The notes beneath the pieces were generated by a model. That model searched no databases and was not told the DNA's origin. It saw only the letters and a program-made list of their open reading frames with translations. The position numbers were made by a program, and so were the translations under genes. This document shows, piece by piece, positions 19,391 through 35,957 of a DNA stretch of 64,000 nt. Position 1 is the first letter of the stretch; every line of letters begins with the position of its first letter. The DNA lies in assembly GCF_009914755.1 (NCBI RefSeq), contig NC_060930.1; one strand, given 5' to 3'. The DNA comes from the human T2T-CHM13v2.0 reference genome, Homo sapiens.

Positions 19391-19862
19391 GACTGGGTGC
19401 AGCATCGCTCCATGTGACTGGGTGCAGCATCGCCCCATGCGACTGGGTGCAGCATTGCCCCATGCGACTGGGTGCAGCATCGTTCCATGCGACTGGGTGC
19501 AGCATCGTTCCATGCGACTGGGTGCAGCATCGCCCCATGCGACTGGGTGCAGCATCGTTCCATGCGACTGGGTGCAGCATCGTTCCATGCGACTGGGTGC
19601 AGCATCGCCCCATGCGACTGGGTGCAGCATCGTTCCATGCGACTGGGTGCAGCATCGTTCCATGCGACTGGGTACAGCATCGTTCTATGTGACTGGGTGC
19701 AGCATCGCCCCATGTGACTGGGTGCAGCATCGTTCCATGCGACTGGGTGCAGCATCGTTCCATGCGACTGGGTGCAGCATTGCCCCATGTGACTGGGTGC
19801 AGCATCGTTCCATGCGACTGGGTGCAGCATTGCTCCATGTGACTGGGTGCATATTGCTCCAT
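19391..19862. repeat. 25-bp minisatellite (VNTR), 18 full units + 1 degenerate; consensus GACTGGGTGCAGCATCGTTCCATGC
   Basis: Exact 25-nt periodicity from 19391 to 19840; no spacers. Confidence 0.97.
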
Positions 19863-20119
19863 GGGCATGGTTTGTATGAAACACTCACTATTAAAGCACA
19901 GTAGGAAATGCTGAAATGGAAAAGGAATGGGTCATCCGGGAGCCCCAGGATCTAGACCCTGGAGCAGTGTTTCAGGGCCTGAGGATCCGTCAAGGGGGCC
20001 AGCATCAGAAGCCCCAGCACACAGGGGGCTTCTGATGCAGGAGGAGAGTGTGCGGTTTGAAGATCTTTCATCCCAACACAGCAAGGCGGTGAAGAACCAG
20101 TTTTCATCCTGTCTCCACC

Positions 20120-20540
20120 ACTAACTAGCCATGTGTCCTTGAGCTCATACCCTCATGCCTAAGTGTCCTCTGTCCTCATCCGTAAAGTAAGGCTAAAATG
20201 AGTACCTACCTCATTAGGGTGCTGGGAAGCTCAATGAGATTATTTCTGTAAAACCCTTAGACTGTCCATTAAGTGTCACAAAAGCAGTCGTAGGGGTGGC
20301 TGTGGCGGTATGGTAGTGGTGAAATGAGTAATTTGAGATTATAGGCCTAAAGTCAAATTTCTGGTTTTGCAACTTTTTACTAGTGTGACCTGGGCAAGTG
20401 ACTTAGCCTCTCCAAACCTCAGTTTCTTCCCTTGTAAAATGGAAATAATAAAAGTTCCTACCTGCTATATTATTGAGAGGATAAAATGAGGAAAGCACGT
20501 AGCACAGTGCCCATCACAAAGCAAGCTCTCAGTAGATATC
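20120..20540. mobile_element. Two tandem MIR SINE remnants (others at ~11600-11720, 12455-12600, 40670-40860, 42350-42570)
   Basis: Core tgtgacctgggcaagtgacttagcctctc..ctcagtttc....tgtaaaatgg. Confidence 0.75.
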
Positions 20541-21029
20541 AGTTACTGTTATTGAGGGAGACCGGGGTGACGACTGGCATCTGAACAGGAGTTTTCCAGC
20601 TGTGCTCCAGGAGCTATAGGTTTTACAAAAATGTGTCTTGGGGGTGAGAAGGAGGCCATTATTCACCCTGCCCACACCTGCTGCCCCCTTCAACCTGATG
20701 GGCTTGTCTTTGTTGGCGTTCAGCATGAAGATTTTATTGAGAAGAAAAGGTTTGGAGTTTGGAAGATCACTGTTTTGTAGTTCGGGTGTGTTATGGGGCC
20801 ACAGGGAAGGTAAATGGTCTCAATTTTCAGGAAGTTGACATTTGCCTTTTCTACTTCATTTCCTTAAACAAAAATTGAAATATCAGATGACAAATTTAAA
20901 GAGATATATCCCATATAAAACCTAAAGTTCTATGAGGCTGTATTGAACGATAGAGTTAATTTGCATCATCAGATGTTGTGGCCGCTTTGTAGCATTTGCT
21001 AATCTGTAACGCTTGGTTTTCTCCCCCAG

Positions 21030-21119
21030 ATGAGCACCATGCCAGGACTGCCCACCCGGCCCTGCTTTTATGACATAGATCTTGATACCGAAACAGAACA
21101 AGTTAAAGGCTTGTTCTAA
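21030..21119 (+). CDS. MTHFD1L: Last coding exon (C-terminal 29 aa + TAA) of mitochondrial monofunctional 10-formyl-THF synthetase
   Basis: Acceptor ttttctcccccAG at 21028-21029 with branch-like gctaat at ~20998-21003. Phase-0 translation [29 protein letters not shown] matches the formyl-THF synthetase C-terminus (TMPGLP motif, ..KGLF end). Upstream exons lie outside the window. Confidence 0.96.
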   Translation: MSTMPGLPTRPCFYDIDLDTETEQVKGLF

Positions 21120-21150
21120 GTGGACAAGGCTCTCACAGGACCCGATGCAG
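21120..21150 (+). other. MTHFD1L: 3'-UTR portion of the penultimate MTHFD1L exon, ending at donor CAG|GTAGGC
   Basis: 31 nt between TAA (21117-21119) and GT at 21151-21152. Confidence 0.88.
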
Positions 21151-21579
21151 GTAGGCTGATGTGCTTCAACTTTTTCTCTCTTTGTTTTTTTCCAGTTCAT
21201 ATCCTTTTTTTGTCATTTTTTTTTTCTGATACCACAGAAGTGATCTGATAAATCATTTCCTTCCTTTGTTACTCAAATTCCTACCAAATGATTTTCCGTG
21301 ACTGGAGTTCACTCCTGGGTGTGGCTGTGAGTTACATGCTCAGATGCTCAGTACACAACCCTTAGTGTCCTGCGCTCGAGTCCAGTGAAAGCCAAGTTAT
21401 GTCATCCCTGAATATAGATGTGTTTAGAGCATCTCTGACCATAACAGAACTCTGTAAACTCATTGTTCTTTTCCAGGATTAAAACCAGCGTCTGTTATAA
21501 TTTTAAAAGAGTAACTTCCTACCTTCCTGCCATGTATCTCTTGGTACAGAGCTAGAATCATGTGAAAGAGGAATCTTGG

Positions 21580-22328
21580 TGTATCCGTTTCCTGGGGCTG
21601 CCATGACAAAGTATCGCAAACTGGGTGGCTTAAAACAGTGGAAAGTTTGAAACAGTTCTGGAGGCTAGAAGTCCAAAGTCAAGGTGTCAGCCAGGCCATA
21701 CGCCACCTCGAGACTCTGGGTGGAATCCTTGCTGGCCTCTTCCTAGCATCCGGTGGTGGCTGTCACTCCCTGGCGTTCCCACCTTGCAGCTGCGTCACTC
21801 CCGTCTCAGCCTCTGTGGTCCCACCACGTTCTCCCTGTGTCTGTGTCTTCACATGATGTTCACCTCTTATAAGGACCCCAGTCCTATTGGATTAGGGCCC
21901 ACCCTAAGAACCTCCTTTTAACTTGATTACTCTGCAAAGACCCTCCTTCCAAATAAGATCACTCTCAGCCAAGCGTGGTGGCTCACACCTGTAATCCCAG
22001 CACTTTGGGAGGCCGAGGTGGGTGGATCACGAAGTCAGGAGTTCAAGACCAGCCTGGCCAAGATGGTGAAACCCCGTCTCTACTAAAAATACGAAAATTA
22101 GCTGGGCGTGTTGGTGGGCACCTGTAATCCCAGCTACTCGGGAGGCTGAGGCAGAGAATTGCTTGAACCCGGGAGGCGGAGGTTGCAGTGAGCTGAGATT
22201 GCGCCACTGCACTCCAGCCTGGGCGACAGAGCAAGACTCTCCTTCTAAAAAAAAAAAAATCACTCTCACAGGTGCTCAGGGTTAGGACTTAAGCATATCT
22301 TTTAGGGGACACAGTTCAACCCAGAACA
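21580..22328 (-). mobile_element. MLT1B/C LTR interrupted by an Alu
   Basis: tgtatccgtttcctggggctgccatgacaaagt...cctattggattagggcccaccctaa...acacagttcaacc; Alu TSD atcactctca. Confidence 0.8.
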
Positions 22329-22878
22329 CTCAACTGTGTGGCACAACAGGTGTGTTCGGCTCTCTTGTCCCTGGACAGACACATAGCCATGGGACAGACC
22401 ATTTAACTAGAGGGCCCCATGGGTTCCAGGAAGGGCAGGGCAGCAGAAAGTAGGCCACTTGATGACTTCGGGTTTGCACAGTCTCAGGTTGGGCTTTGAC
22501 TCTGAGCTGTCTTAGGCAGCCCAGACCTGGGGACTCTCGGTCTTAATCATGTCCACGCCACAGCACTGCAGCCATACCTGCTGGCTTCTATCCTGACTCC
22601 CCATCGTGAAGAAAAATGACCACATTCCTAAACCTCTTCCCTGGGAGACAACTCCTAATCAGAAGCTTGAAAGGCTCAGGGCTGCTTCTCCTACCCCAGG
22701 GATCAAACATGTCCTCACCATATTCTAAAGACACATTCTTTCCCCGCAAGCACCCCGCCTCCTTCTCCCCACTGACTCCTGTTCCTGAGCCCAGAACCTC
22801 TCCCTCTTGCCAGCATATTCTCGGCCTTTGCAGATGAGCTTTTGTGGCCTAAAGACCTTCTTCTTCAACCATCTCTGA

Positions 22879-23536
<658 letters not shown>

Positions 23537-25954
23537 TGAGGCTTTGTTGCTAAAACACTAAAGACCTAGGCTATGGTGAGAAAGATAAGGGAACCATAAA
23601 TGAAATTACATTAAAACAAAGTGTGAAATTGTTTGTTTTGAGTTGTGGATGTTGTTTGGGGGTGTTTGTATGTGTTTTTTGCTGAGGAGCGGGAGCTGTG
23701 TTAAGTTTGAGCCATAACTGCATCTTTGATCTTTGTTATTTCAGAAAAAATAAAACTCTAGAAAATGAAGTAAGGGAGACTAGTTTAACAAAGAAACCCA
23801 TAAACTCAAGTGTTGATAAAATGTTGTTTCATCTTTTGGTGTGAGCTTGTGTGTTGCCAATGTCTTCCATTCCCCAGTAAGGCTGTGGGGAAATAATTGC
23901 TATTTCCCCAATTGCTAGTTGGCCTAGCAATTCTCTTTTTATGTCAGGAACCCATTATGTTACATTTCTGCCATTTGTCATTTTTCTCCAGAATAAGTGT
24001 GTTTGATTCTCCCATCTCTCTTGGACAGTATTTTTCCAGCTTTTGGTGAGTTTTCACATGCTCTCCAAGTAGGTCATATAAGTCCAATTATACCTTAATC
24101 ACTGTAGTTAGGACTCAGGTCCTACTCAGGGATACATCCTTAGCATTATTAATGCATACCCTTAAATCCTTTATTACCTACTCCCTAACAAGAATTCCTC
24201 CAGATCTTATATACGGGGCCTGCAGGGCAGGACACAGGCCTATGGTAATTACTTCCAATGTATCGGGCATTGTGCTAAGCACTTTGCATGGGTGGTCACA
24301 GCACCTCTGGAGCCAAGTGTTGTCCCATAAGGGCCACAAGGCTTCAAGAGGACGGAGCCTACCCCTTGGTCACTGAGGGGTGGCCCTGGTCTGCAAGGCT
24401 ACAGAACTGCCTTGCCACCCTGTGGCACTGCCTCTCATTTCATAGCTGGCACATGTCATTTTGCCACCCCCATCACATGTCATGCTGGCATCAACCCAGG
24501 GAGGTGGGTAGTATTTTTGTTGAAGAGCTGCAAGAACTCTGCCCAGAGAAGTCGACAACCTGCTCAAGTTGTGCAGCTAATAACTACAAAAGCCAAGACT
24601 CAACTCAGATCTGTTGACTCTCAGTATTACCCCAACCTTTATGCCCCAAACCAAAGGATGCCCTTTTCATTTCAGTCACGGGTAAAATGAACTTTGGCCC
24701 ATTCCGAAAGATGATACCAGCTATTTGAACAGACAGGTACTTGAGGATAATGAGGTAATTTTTTCTAATAAGTAAAGATAATTGTTTGGGTATTAAAAGC
24801 TATGATTTTGTCATAATTCTTTTTAGTCCAAGTATAATAGAGCCAGCTCTTTCCTAATTCTCTAATGGAATGGCATTTCTACCCCTTACCCACCCCCCAA
24901 TCCAAGGCCTCTTTCTTCTTTGTGAATTGCTAAATACAGTTCTGGGCTAGTGGGCAGTGGTTCAAAACCCATCGTTTGACCCTGCTTGAACAATCAAAAA
25001 CAGATCCAGTGTCCTAAGATAAAAGCACTATACAAAGCAAACATTCCCTCTCAGTGGCTCCTCGGTAATGACCCAGCAAGTATTGTCTGTTTCCCGTGCC
25101 TCTCACTATAGCCATCAGGGACCACTTCTACTAATAATCAGAGGTCTGCGGCTATTCAAAATGCATAAAATAAAAATGTTAAAGCTTAGGTGACAGCTTG
25201 GACAAACGTGGGCATCTGAAAGGAAATGTCTGGCTTGCTGACGTTGCTCCTTCAGGGATCACACCGTAGATGGTGTGCATACCCAGGTGCGGAGCAGCAC
25301 ACTCATTATTCCCCCAGGAAAGTGTTGAAGGCGCGTTCCACTCAGGAAGAAGATTGTGCTTGGTTGATGACAACTTTCTGTCCTTCCCTTCCTCACCTTT
25401 CTAGCCTGTCTCACCTCCTAGGAAACCGTGTGAAACCAAAGGTGAACATTATATGCCAAAAAACATCAGAATTGGAGCTCTCCTTGCTCCCTCTTCCCAA
25501 GACTTCTCTGTAGTGCCTTCACTGTGGTTAGAATAAGGGCATGACTCATTCTTTTGGATGTCACTAAATAGAACTAATTAAAATAGATTTTTTGTCCCAG
25601 TGAAATTGATCCGGCTGTTGAGTCTTTTGTTTAAAGATTATTGGAATGAAGGATTTGATACTTTTCCCCCCATTCTTTTTTCTCACTTGGAAACTTTATC
25701 ATATTTCTGAGCTTTGGCAAGATTCATTCAAATGAACACACAATAAAGTCTGGCAAATTTCCTGAAGAATTCAGGGACTCCCTTACTTCTTTATTGTACT
25801 GTGCAAAGTTACGTTGAGTACGGAATCAGATTCACTCCAGTCCTGCTACAAATGTTTGTTATTTACAAAAGAATTGCTTTTTCTTGAATTACATACACAG
25901 AAATAAGTTCAGGAAAGAAATTAGTTTCTTTCCTAAACTGGCTTTAGGGCATCT

Positions 25955-26482
25955 ACAGACAAATGGTTAAAGAAAATGTGGTATGTATAGAGAGTGGAAT
26001 ACTACTTAGCCATTAAAAAAGAATGAAATAATGTCATTTACAGCAGCATGGATGGAAGTGGAAGTTATTATGTGAAATAAGCTGGGCACGGAAAGACTAA
26101 TGCTGCATGTTCTCACTCTCATGTGGAAGCTAAAAAGCTTACCCTCATAGACAGAATAAATGGTAGATACCAGAGGCTGGGAAGGATGGGTGGCTGGGAG
26201 GAGGTTATGAAGAAAGGTTGGTTATGGGTACAAACATACAGTTAGACGAAGAAATAAGCTCTAATGTTTGATAGCAAACTAGGATGACTATACTCAGCAA
26301 CAATATTTTGTATACTTCAAAGTAACAGGAAGAGAGTGGGGTGTACTTGAAATGATACCAACATACAGTAGTAATGATAAATACTCAAGATAATGGACAC
26401 CCCAGGTACCCTGACTTGATCACTACACATTCCAGGCACATAATAAACACTCATATATACCCCATAAGAATATAAAATATTA
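25955..26482 (+). mobile_element. L1MA-type 3' end
   Basis: aaagaaaatgtggtat..gaatactac..gccattaaaaaagaatgaaataatgtcattt..gcatggatggaa; ends taccctgacttgatc..ataaaatat. Confidence 0.85.
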
Positions 26483-26649
26483 GGCCAGGTGTGGTGGCTC
26501 ATGCTTCTAATCTCAGCAGTTTGGGAGTCCGAGTGGGTGGATCACTTGAGCCCAGGAATTCGAGACCAGCCTGGGAAACATGGCAAAACCCTGTCCCTAC
26601 TAAAAATAGAAAAATTAGCCAGGCGTCATGGCACGCACCTGTAATCTCA

Positions 26650-26966
<317 letters not shown>

Positions 26967-27395
26967 TTATCTTTTCACAAAGCAATTCAAAAATTGCTCA
27001 TCACCATTGTGTTCCGAGAAAAGGGGCGCCAAGGCATCACCCTGAGCCATCCGAGGAGTGCTGTGTGCCTTCTTCCTTTCTGCTTCCAAGTAGGATGGAA
27101 GCTCCAGCTTTATACTTAAATAATCCTCATCAACATCTAAAAGATAGTGATAATTAAATCTCTCCTATCTAACTAAAATGGAATGTTTTAAAGCTTAGGT
27201 AACAATTCTGAAATTCTTAATTCCCCCCAAAACAAACTTTTTCTGAGCACATTTTGATTGCTTATTCCCATGCCAGAATAGACTGTTTTGTATATGGTAT
27301 CTTCCAAGATATTTTCCCACTGAGTTAACTTCTGAAATTGCTTCTTCCAACGCATAAGCAATAAACAACAGATTCGTTTTTACATTCTCACCTTA

Positions 27396-27840
<445 letters not shown>

Positions 27841-28033
27841 CTAATCAGCTGGTCTTCCACCACCCACCTCTGGAGCATGGAAGGCCTTGTCCAGCCTTGC
27901 CTTGCCAAGCCAAGGGTCATCTCTAGTCCACTGAGCCCACCCTCTACCCTAGCACCCCTCCTGTCCCAAGAGTCATTGACCCTCAGGTCAAGGGATACCA
28001 GAGCCACTACAGTGAGGCTGGCCGTGTCTCTGA

Positions 28034-28830
<797 letters not shown>

Positions 28831-29452
28831 TAGACAGGATGGTCTTGATCTCCTGACCTCGTGATCCACCCGTGAGCCACCGCGCCTGGCCTGAAATATT
28901 TTATTTTTGTTCATCTTTGTTGTGCTTATAATACTCCTGTTTTCTGTTTATTCCCCTGACTTGAACCAGATGTTAGGGGAGTATTTGAAGCTCCTCGTTC
29001 CCTCTCTTCATCAATATCTTCTGTCTAGAAACTAACCAAGCACCCTATCTGGCTCCAGACCTCTCAGTGATCTGTGGGAGGCCAACTCGCAGGATTTCAG
29101 CAGAGTTTGCACTTTCTAGGCCTAAAAGATAAGTCCTTCCATGTGTAAGTTCAGATTAAAGGCAACATATTGCATTTACATTTTAGAGAGGTGAACACAT
29201 TATTTTCTGGGACTTAAGTGTTGTTTTGTTTCTTTTTTTTTTTTTTAATGTAGTTTATTTCTCTTTCTAAGAGATTACAGGATTCAAGAATGGCAACGAA
29301 TCTTAATAGCCTTTGGGAGAAAGCAGCAAAGCTTTAATACTAAGTTCCAGGACCATGAACTTCCATGTTGTCCTAAATGCATTTTTCAAACATTGCTTTC
29401 TGTGCCTACTCTATAAAACCTAAAAATCCAAGGTGACAGTATTCCTTATCTA

Positions 29453-29770
<318 letters not shown>

Positions 29771-30202
29771 TTAATCCTAAATATTCTCATTCCACAGGAT
29801 CCTGCAAACTGTAGATCCCAAACTTGGAAGTTCTGGGAATTCTGCCAGTATCCCCAAGTAAATCTCCTGGGAAGTTTAGAATGCTGCATGGCGTAGCTGT
29901 GCCTGCTCTTATAGAGTGGTGCAGACTCTGCTTCTCCACGTCTGCTAAGTAAAATATTCCAAACACAGATCAGCCTTATCTAGCGAACCATCACTCTGCT
30001 CTTGAATTTTCTTTTGGCCTCAAACTCTAGAGCTATAACATGTTAACGGTTTAACACCAGAGGAGAAAGCTATTCTTAAACTACTCAAACATGGTTTTTT
30101 TTTCTATTTTTCAGACTCCTGAAACAGACTACTCTTTGCCTTTTTGCTGCAGTTGGAGAAGAAACTGAATTTGAAAAATGTCTGTTATGCAATGCTGGAG
30201 AC

Positions 30203-30222
30203 ATGGTGAAATAGGCCAAAGA
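30203..30222 (+). promoter_or_regulatory. Adjacent miR-197-3p (TGGTGAA, 30204-30210) and miR-9-5p (CCAAAGA, 30216-30222) seed matches in the 3'-UTR
   Basis: Both are 7mer-A1 matches. Position 30203 is c.*120 counted across the splice, the position I recall for rs7646 A>G; the A allele is present and G would give the 8mer GTGGTGAA. Confidence 0.7.
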
Positions 30223-30451
30223 TTTCTTCTTCGTTCAAGATGAATTCTGTTCACAGTGGAGTATGGTGTTCGGCAAAAGGACCTCCACCAAGACTGAAAG
30301 AAACTAATTTATTTCTGTTTCTGTGGAGTTTCCATTATTTCTACTGCTTACACTTTAGAATGTTTATTTTATGGGGACTAAGGGATTAAGAGTGTGAACT
30401 AAAAGGTAACATTTTCCACTCTCAAGTTTTCTACTTTGTCTTTGAACTGAA

Positions 30452-30457
30452 AATAAA
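30452..30457 (+). terminator. Canonical polyadenylation signal of MTHFD1L
   Basis: AATAAA preceded by U-rich sequence at the end of the terminal exon. Confidence 0.8.
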
Positions 30458-31267
30458 CATGGATCTAGAAAACCAACCAGCAAGTTTTCAGTGCCAGATA
30501 AAACTCTGCGCTCTAGAGGTAACTCCTCATGGGAGGCAGCTAGGAGTGTTACCTGACACCAGTTTCCTAGAAAACTGTGACAAGCAAAGCAATAACACAC
30601 GTCGAGAAATATCTGATCAAGCGGGAAATCTTCTGACTGTCGGGGATCTCTAGTAAGATCTCTTGGAATGAAGTGCACTGTGTATCCAAAACTATTTTCC
30701 AGCGCCAGTGAAGTTGCTCTTACCTAAAACAAATGGGTTTATGCTAGTTTCCACCAAGGAATGAGTCTCGATGGCCATTAAACTTTCTAAGGCCCACAGG
30801 GCTAGGAAAAGTCGCTCTTAAAGGTCAGGTGTTTGGAAAATGTTTTTCCTTTTGCCCAACCCTTAATTAGTAGTAGAGAATGTTCTGTGGCCTATTCCCC
30901 TCTCTGGGAGTTCCTGACCCTTCTTTGTTTTCCAGTTTTTCCTACAATAATATAAAATTACGTAAAAGTTAAAACAAAACCAAGGATTCAGGAAGAAACA
31001 AGCAGTGATTGTCCTCTAGGCAGCGTAAGGAAAATAGTCACCATAAATATCTTAGATGTCCCCCAGGCACATCCTGCAGGATCTTTTCTGCATCCTCTTG
31101 TCCTACACCCTCCAGTGACCCTGCTCAGCCATTGCTCAGCCCATAATGCACCTTTATGCACAATTTGTCCCAAAACACTGTTTAGTAACTCAAAAGCCTC
31201 CCACTCAAAAGCTGTCTGTCCCAAGAATAATTTCACTTGGCAATTCTGAAGTGTCCTTCCCCATCCC

Positions 31268-31358
31268 TGCCCTTTATTTGGGAGTACACCTCTCCAAATA
31301 TACAGTTAACTGATGTTTTACTGTTTATTTGGAGAGGTGTACTCCCAAATAAAGGGCA
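31268..31358 (+). ncRNA. MIR12131: Pre-miRNA-like perfect hairpin, probably MIR12131
   Basis: 31268-31300 and 31326-31358 are exact 33-nt reverse complements, extended by acagt/actgt. The name rests on recall of a miRBase entry just downstream of MTHFD1L. Strand cannot be determined from a palindrome. Confidence 0.6.
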
Positions 31359-31450
31359 TACCCTCTCCCTTTACAGTAAATTTGTAAACCCTTATAATCT
31401 TCCAATAGATTTATACATTGAAAACCCTATATATTCCACTCAGAAAGCTG

Positions 31451-31494
<44 letters not shown>

Positions 31495-32596
31495 AGGGGC
31501 TCACTCTGTTGCCTAGGTGGAGTGCAGTGGTACAATCATGGCCCACTACAGCCTTGACCTCCCAGGCTCAGGTGAAGCCCCCACCTCAGCCTCCTGAGAA
31601 GCTGGGACTATAGGCACGCACCACCCCACCCAGCTAATTTTTGTATTTTGGTAGGGACAGGGTTTCACCATGTTACCCAGGCTGGTCTCAAAGTCCGGGA
31701 CTCAAGCGATCCGCCCGCCTCAGCCTCCCATAGTGCTGCGATTAGAGGCGTGAGCCACCGTGCCTGGCCGTGAATTGATTTTTAAGCAGTTGTCTTCTGC
31801 TACTCATGTTTTTATTCTTTTCCTCTGCATTGAAAGGTTAAGTTTCTATTTTTGAAAACATTTTTTAAATAAATATTTTAGGAGTCTCCATTCAAAAAGC
31901 TTTAGCCTAGGGACTCCTTTCCTTACCTACTTTTACCAGACAACTCCTCAACTCAAAAAGTAAGTAAACATCCTGCACACCAGTGTGGGAGAGTTTTCCA
32001 CTGCTCACTTTGGAAGGACTATCATCCAGGTGCTGCTGGAAACCGCAAACTGTTTCCCATCATGTAGGCTCATTCGAAGTCCTCTGGGTGTCATAACTCG
32101 GGCTCTGATGGAGTTGTTTTTGCTCATTCACTACCCTACTGATGGTAGAGTGTATTTGACTCCAGCTGAGTGATATGCAGTCTCCACTAAGAAGAAACGT
32201 TAATTAATGGGCTCATCAACTCCTGATGACTTGAGGCATTCATAGAGAAAAAGAAGTATTATTATGGGGAGTACTGGGAGGAGCCAGTTATCAACCATCT
32301 TTTCTGAGGCCACAGCATGAGAAAAGAAAAATCACATAACCTTTGGCATGGTGGGTTTCAGTTAGAAATCTTCCCAAGAAGAGTGGATATTGATTTCTTT
32401 CTGCCTTTAATTGAAATGTAAAAAACGAATAGGCCAGAGATGGTGAGTGGCTCCAATTACCCACTGTGGCACAGAAATGTGTGATCATGCCCCCTCTCTG
32501 CTTGAGGACTGGCAGTAGTGACACCTGCCAAGGTGAAGTCCCAGACCAGAAGAATCCTCTGTGAAAGCTGCCTGAAGAACACACTATAGGAATTAA

Positions 32597-32986
<390 letters not shown>

Positions 32987-33226
32987 TAATATTCTTTTTA
33001 TTCCTCTATTGTCAAGGTTATTTTGTTTAACTAGAGTGTGTATGTTTAATACACTTAAAGCTATAAGGAGTATTTTTCACAATAGATATTTAAAGAGAAT
33101 CCTAGTTCCCTCCCATCTGAGAGTAGCCACGGTTTCGTTTGTTTAACTACAATGTGCCCAGCCTGTTTTTAATCATAATTTACACATGCCCACAAATAAG
33201 ATTGTGGCATGTGTAAATTATGATAA

Positions 33227-33457
<231 letters not shown>

Positions 33458-33809
33458 TAGCTGGGATTACAGGCGCCTGCCACCATGCCCGGCTAATTTT
33501 TATATTTTTAGTAGAGACGGGTTTTCACCATCTTGGCCAGGCTGGTCTTGAACTCCTGATCTCGTGATCCACCCACCTCAGCCTCCCAAAGTGCTGGGAT
33601 TACAGGCATGAGCCACCACACCTGGCCAACAAGTGCATTCTTACAGCATTTGTTACAAACCTATAATCCATATCCTCTGAAAAAGTCAAGCATTATGACA
33701 AAACCACTGGTCAATCAACAGATCTTCATGTAGCACCGTAAACTCTAATGCAGCCAGAGACAGACCCAAAACTCTAACAGCGACTTCAGAACAGCAGAAT
33801 GGACTAGAA

Positions 33810-34876
<1,067 letters not shown>

Positions 34877-35603
34877 ACTAGATGAGATGCTAACAGCCTA
34901 GGTCCTGGTTCTGTGGCAGCATTACCTGGTCTCCGATGTTGCTACCTCTACATCTGCGCCTCAGTCTATCCCTACAGGTCCCCTGATCCAGGGTGCCTAG
35001 TGTGCCTATAATAGAGTCTTGGTATGTATGTAATGGTAACACAGGCAGCGGCTGTCACCAAAGTTTCTCCAGCCTGATTCAGAGGATACACAAGAAGCTC
35101 TGGACGCTGGAGTGCCTAAGCCTTGGTTAGCAACTCCACCCCCGAGCCAGCCCCTGAGCTCCCACCCCACCCTGATCTAAGGCCAGGCTTCTGCACGTGG
35201 TTTTAGATGCTGCCCAGCAATGGAGTTCTCACCTGACCTGGTTCCTCCCCGTAGCTCACACAGGGCCACAGCTTGCATATTGGTGGTCAGATGCCATTGC
35301 TCACGGTAGATGGGACAGAGCTGAATAGCCAGTGTCCATTCCTGAAAGGCTAGAGTCCAACTACTTGGCAACTGTGGGTGGAATGCTGCCTACGAGAGCA
35401 CCATGTCCTAAACATGCATGTACATAACCATGGAGTCAGTGGATTGTCCAGGGAACTGCAATTGATAAGTGCTGGGCCTTCCTAAAGGTCTTGGTAAAAC
35501 AGTTGGTTTCTAGGACAAAAGGCATATCATGAACCACAAAGGATGGGGAAAATACTTCACGAATTGGAGTAGGACCATATAGTTAAGCCTTCAATATGAG
35601 TAA

Positions 35604-35957
<354 letters not shown>

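Larger units (their letters stand above)
30115..30475 (+). other. MTHFD1L: Non-coding terminal exon (3'-UTR) of MTHFD1L
   Basis: Strong acceptor tttttttttctatttttcAG (30113-30114), unique non-repeat sequence, AATAAA at 30452-30457. The junction GATGCAG|ACTCCTG agrees with my recollection of the mRNA. The 3' end is approximate. Confidence 0.88.

Noticed and set aside
19391-19862. CRISPR-like array
   Set aside because: Head-to-tail units with no unique spacers, no cas genes, eukaryotic context.
19164-19904. 246-aa Cys/His-rich ORF and overlapping ORFs on both strands
   Set aside because: Caused by a 25-bp unit that lacks stop codons (75 bp = 25-aa period); GTG start, no splice or family evidence.
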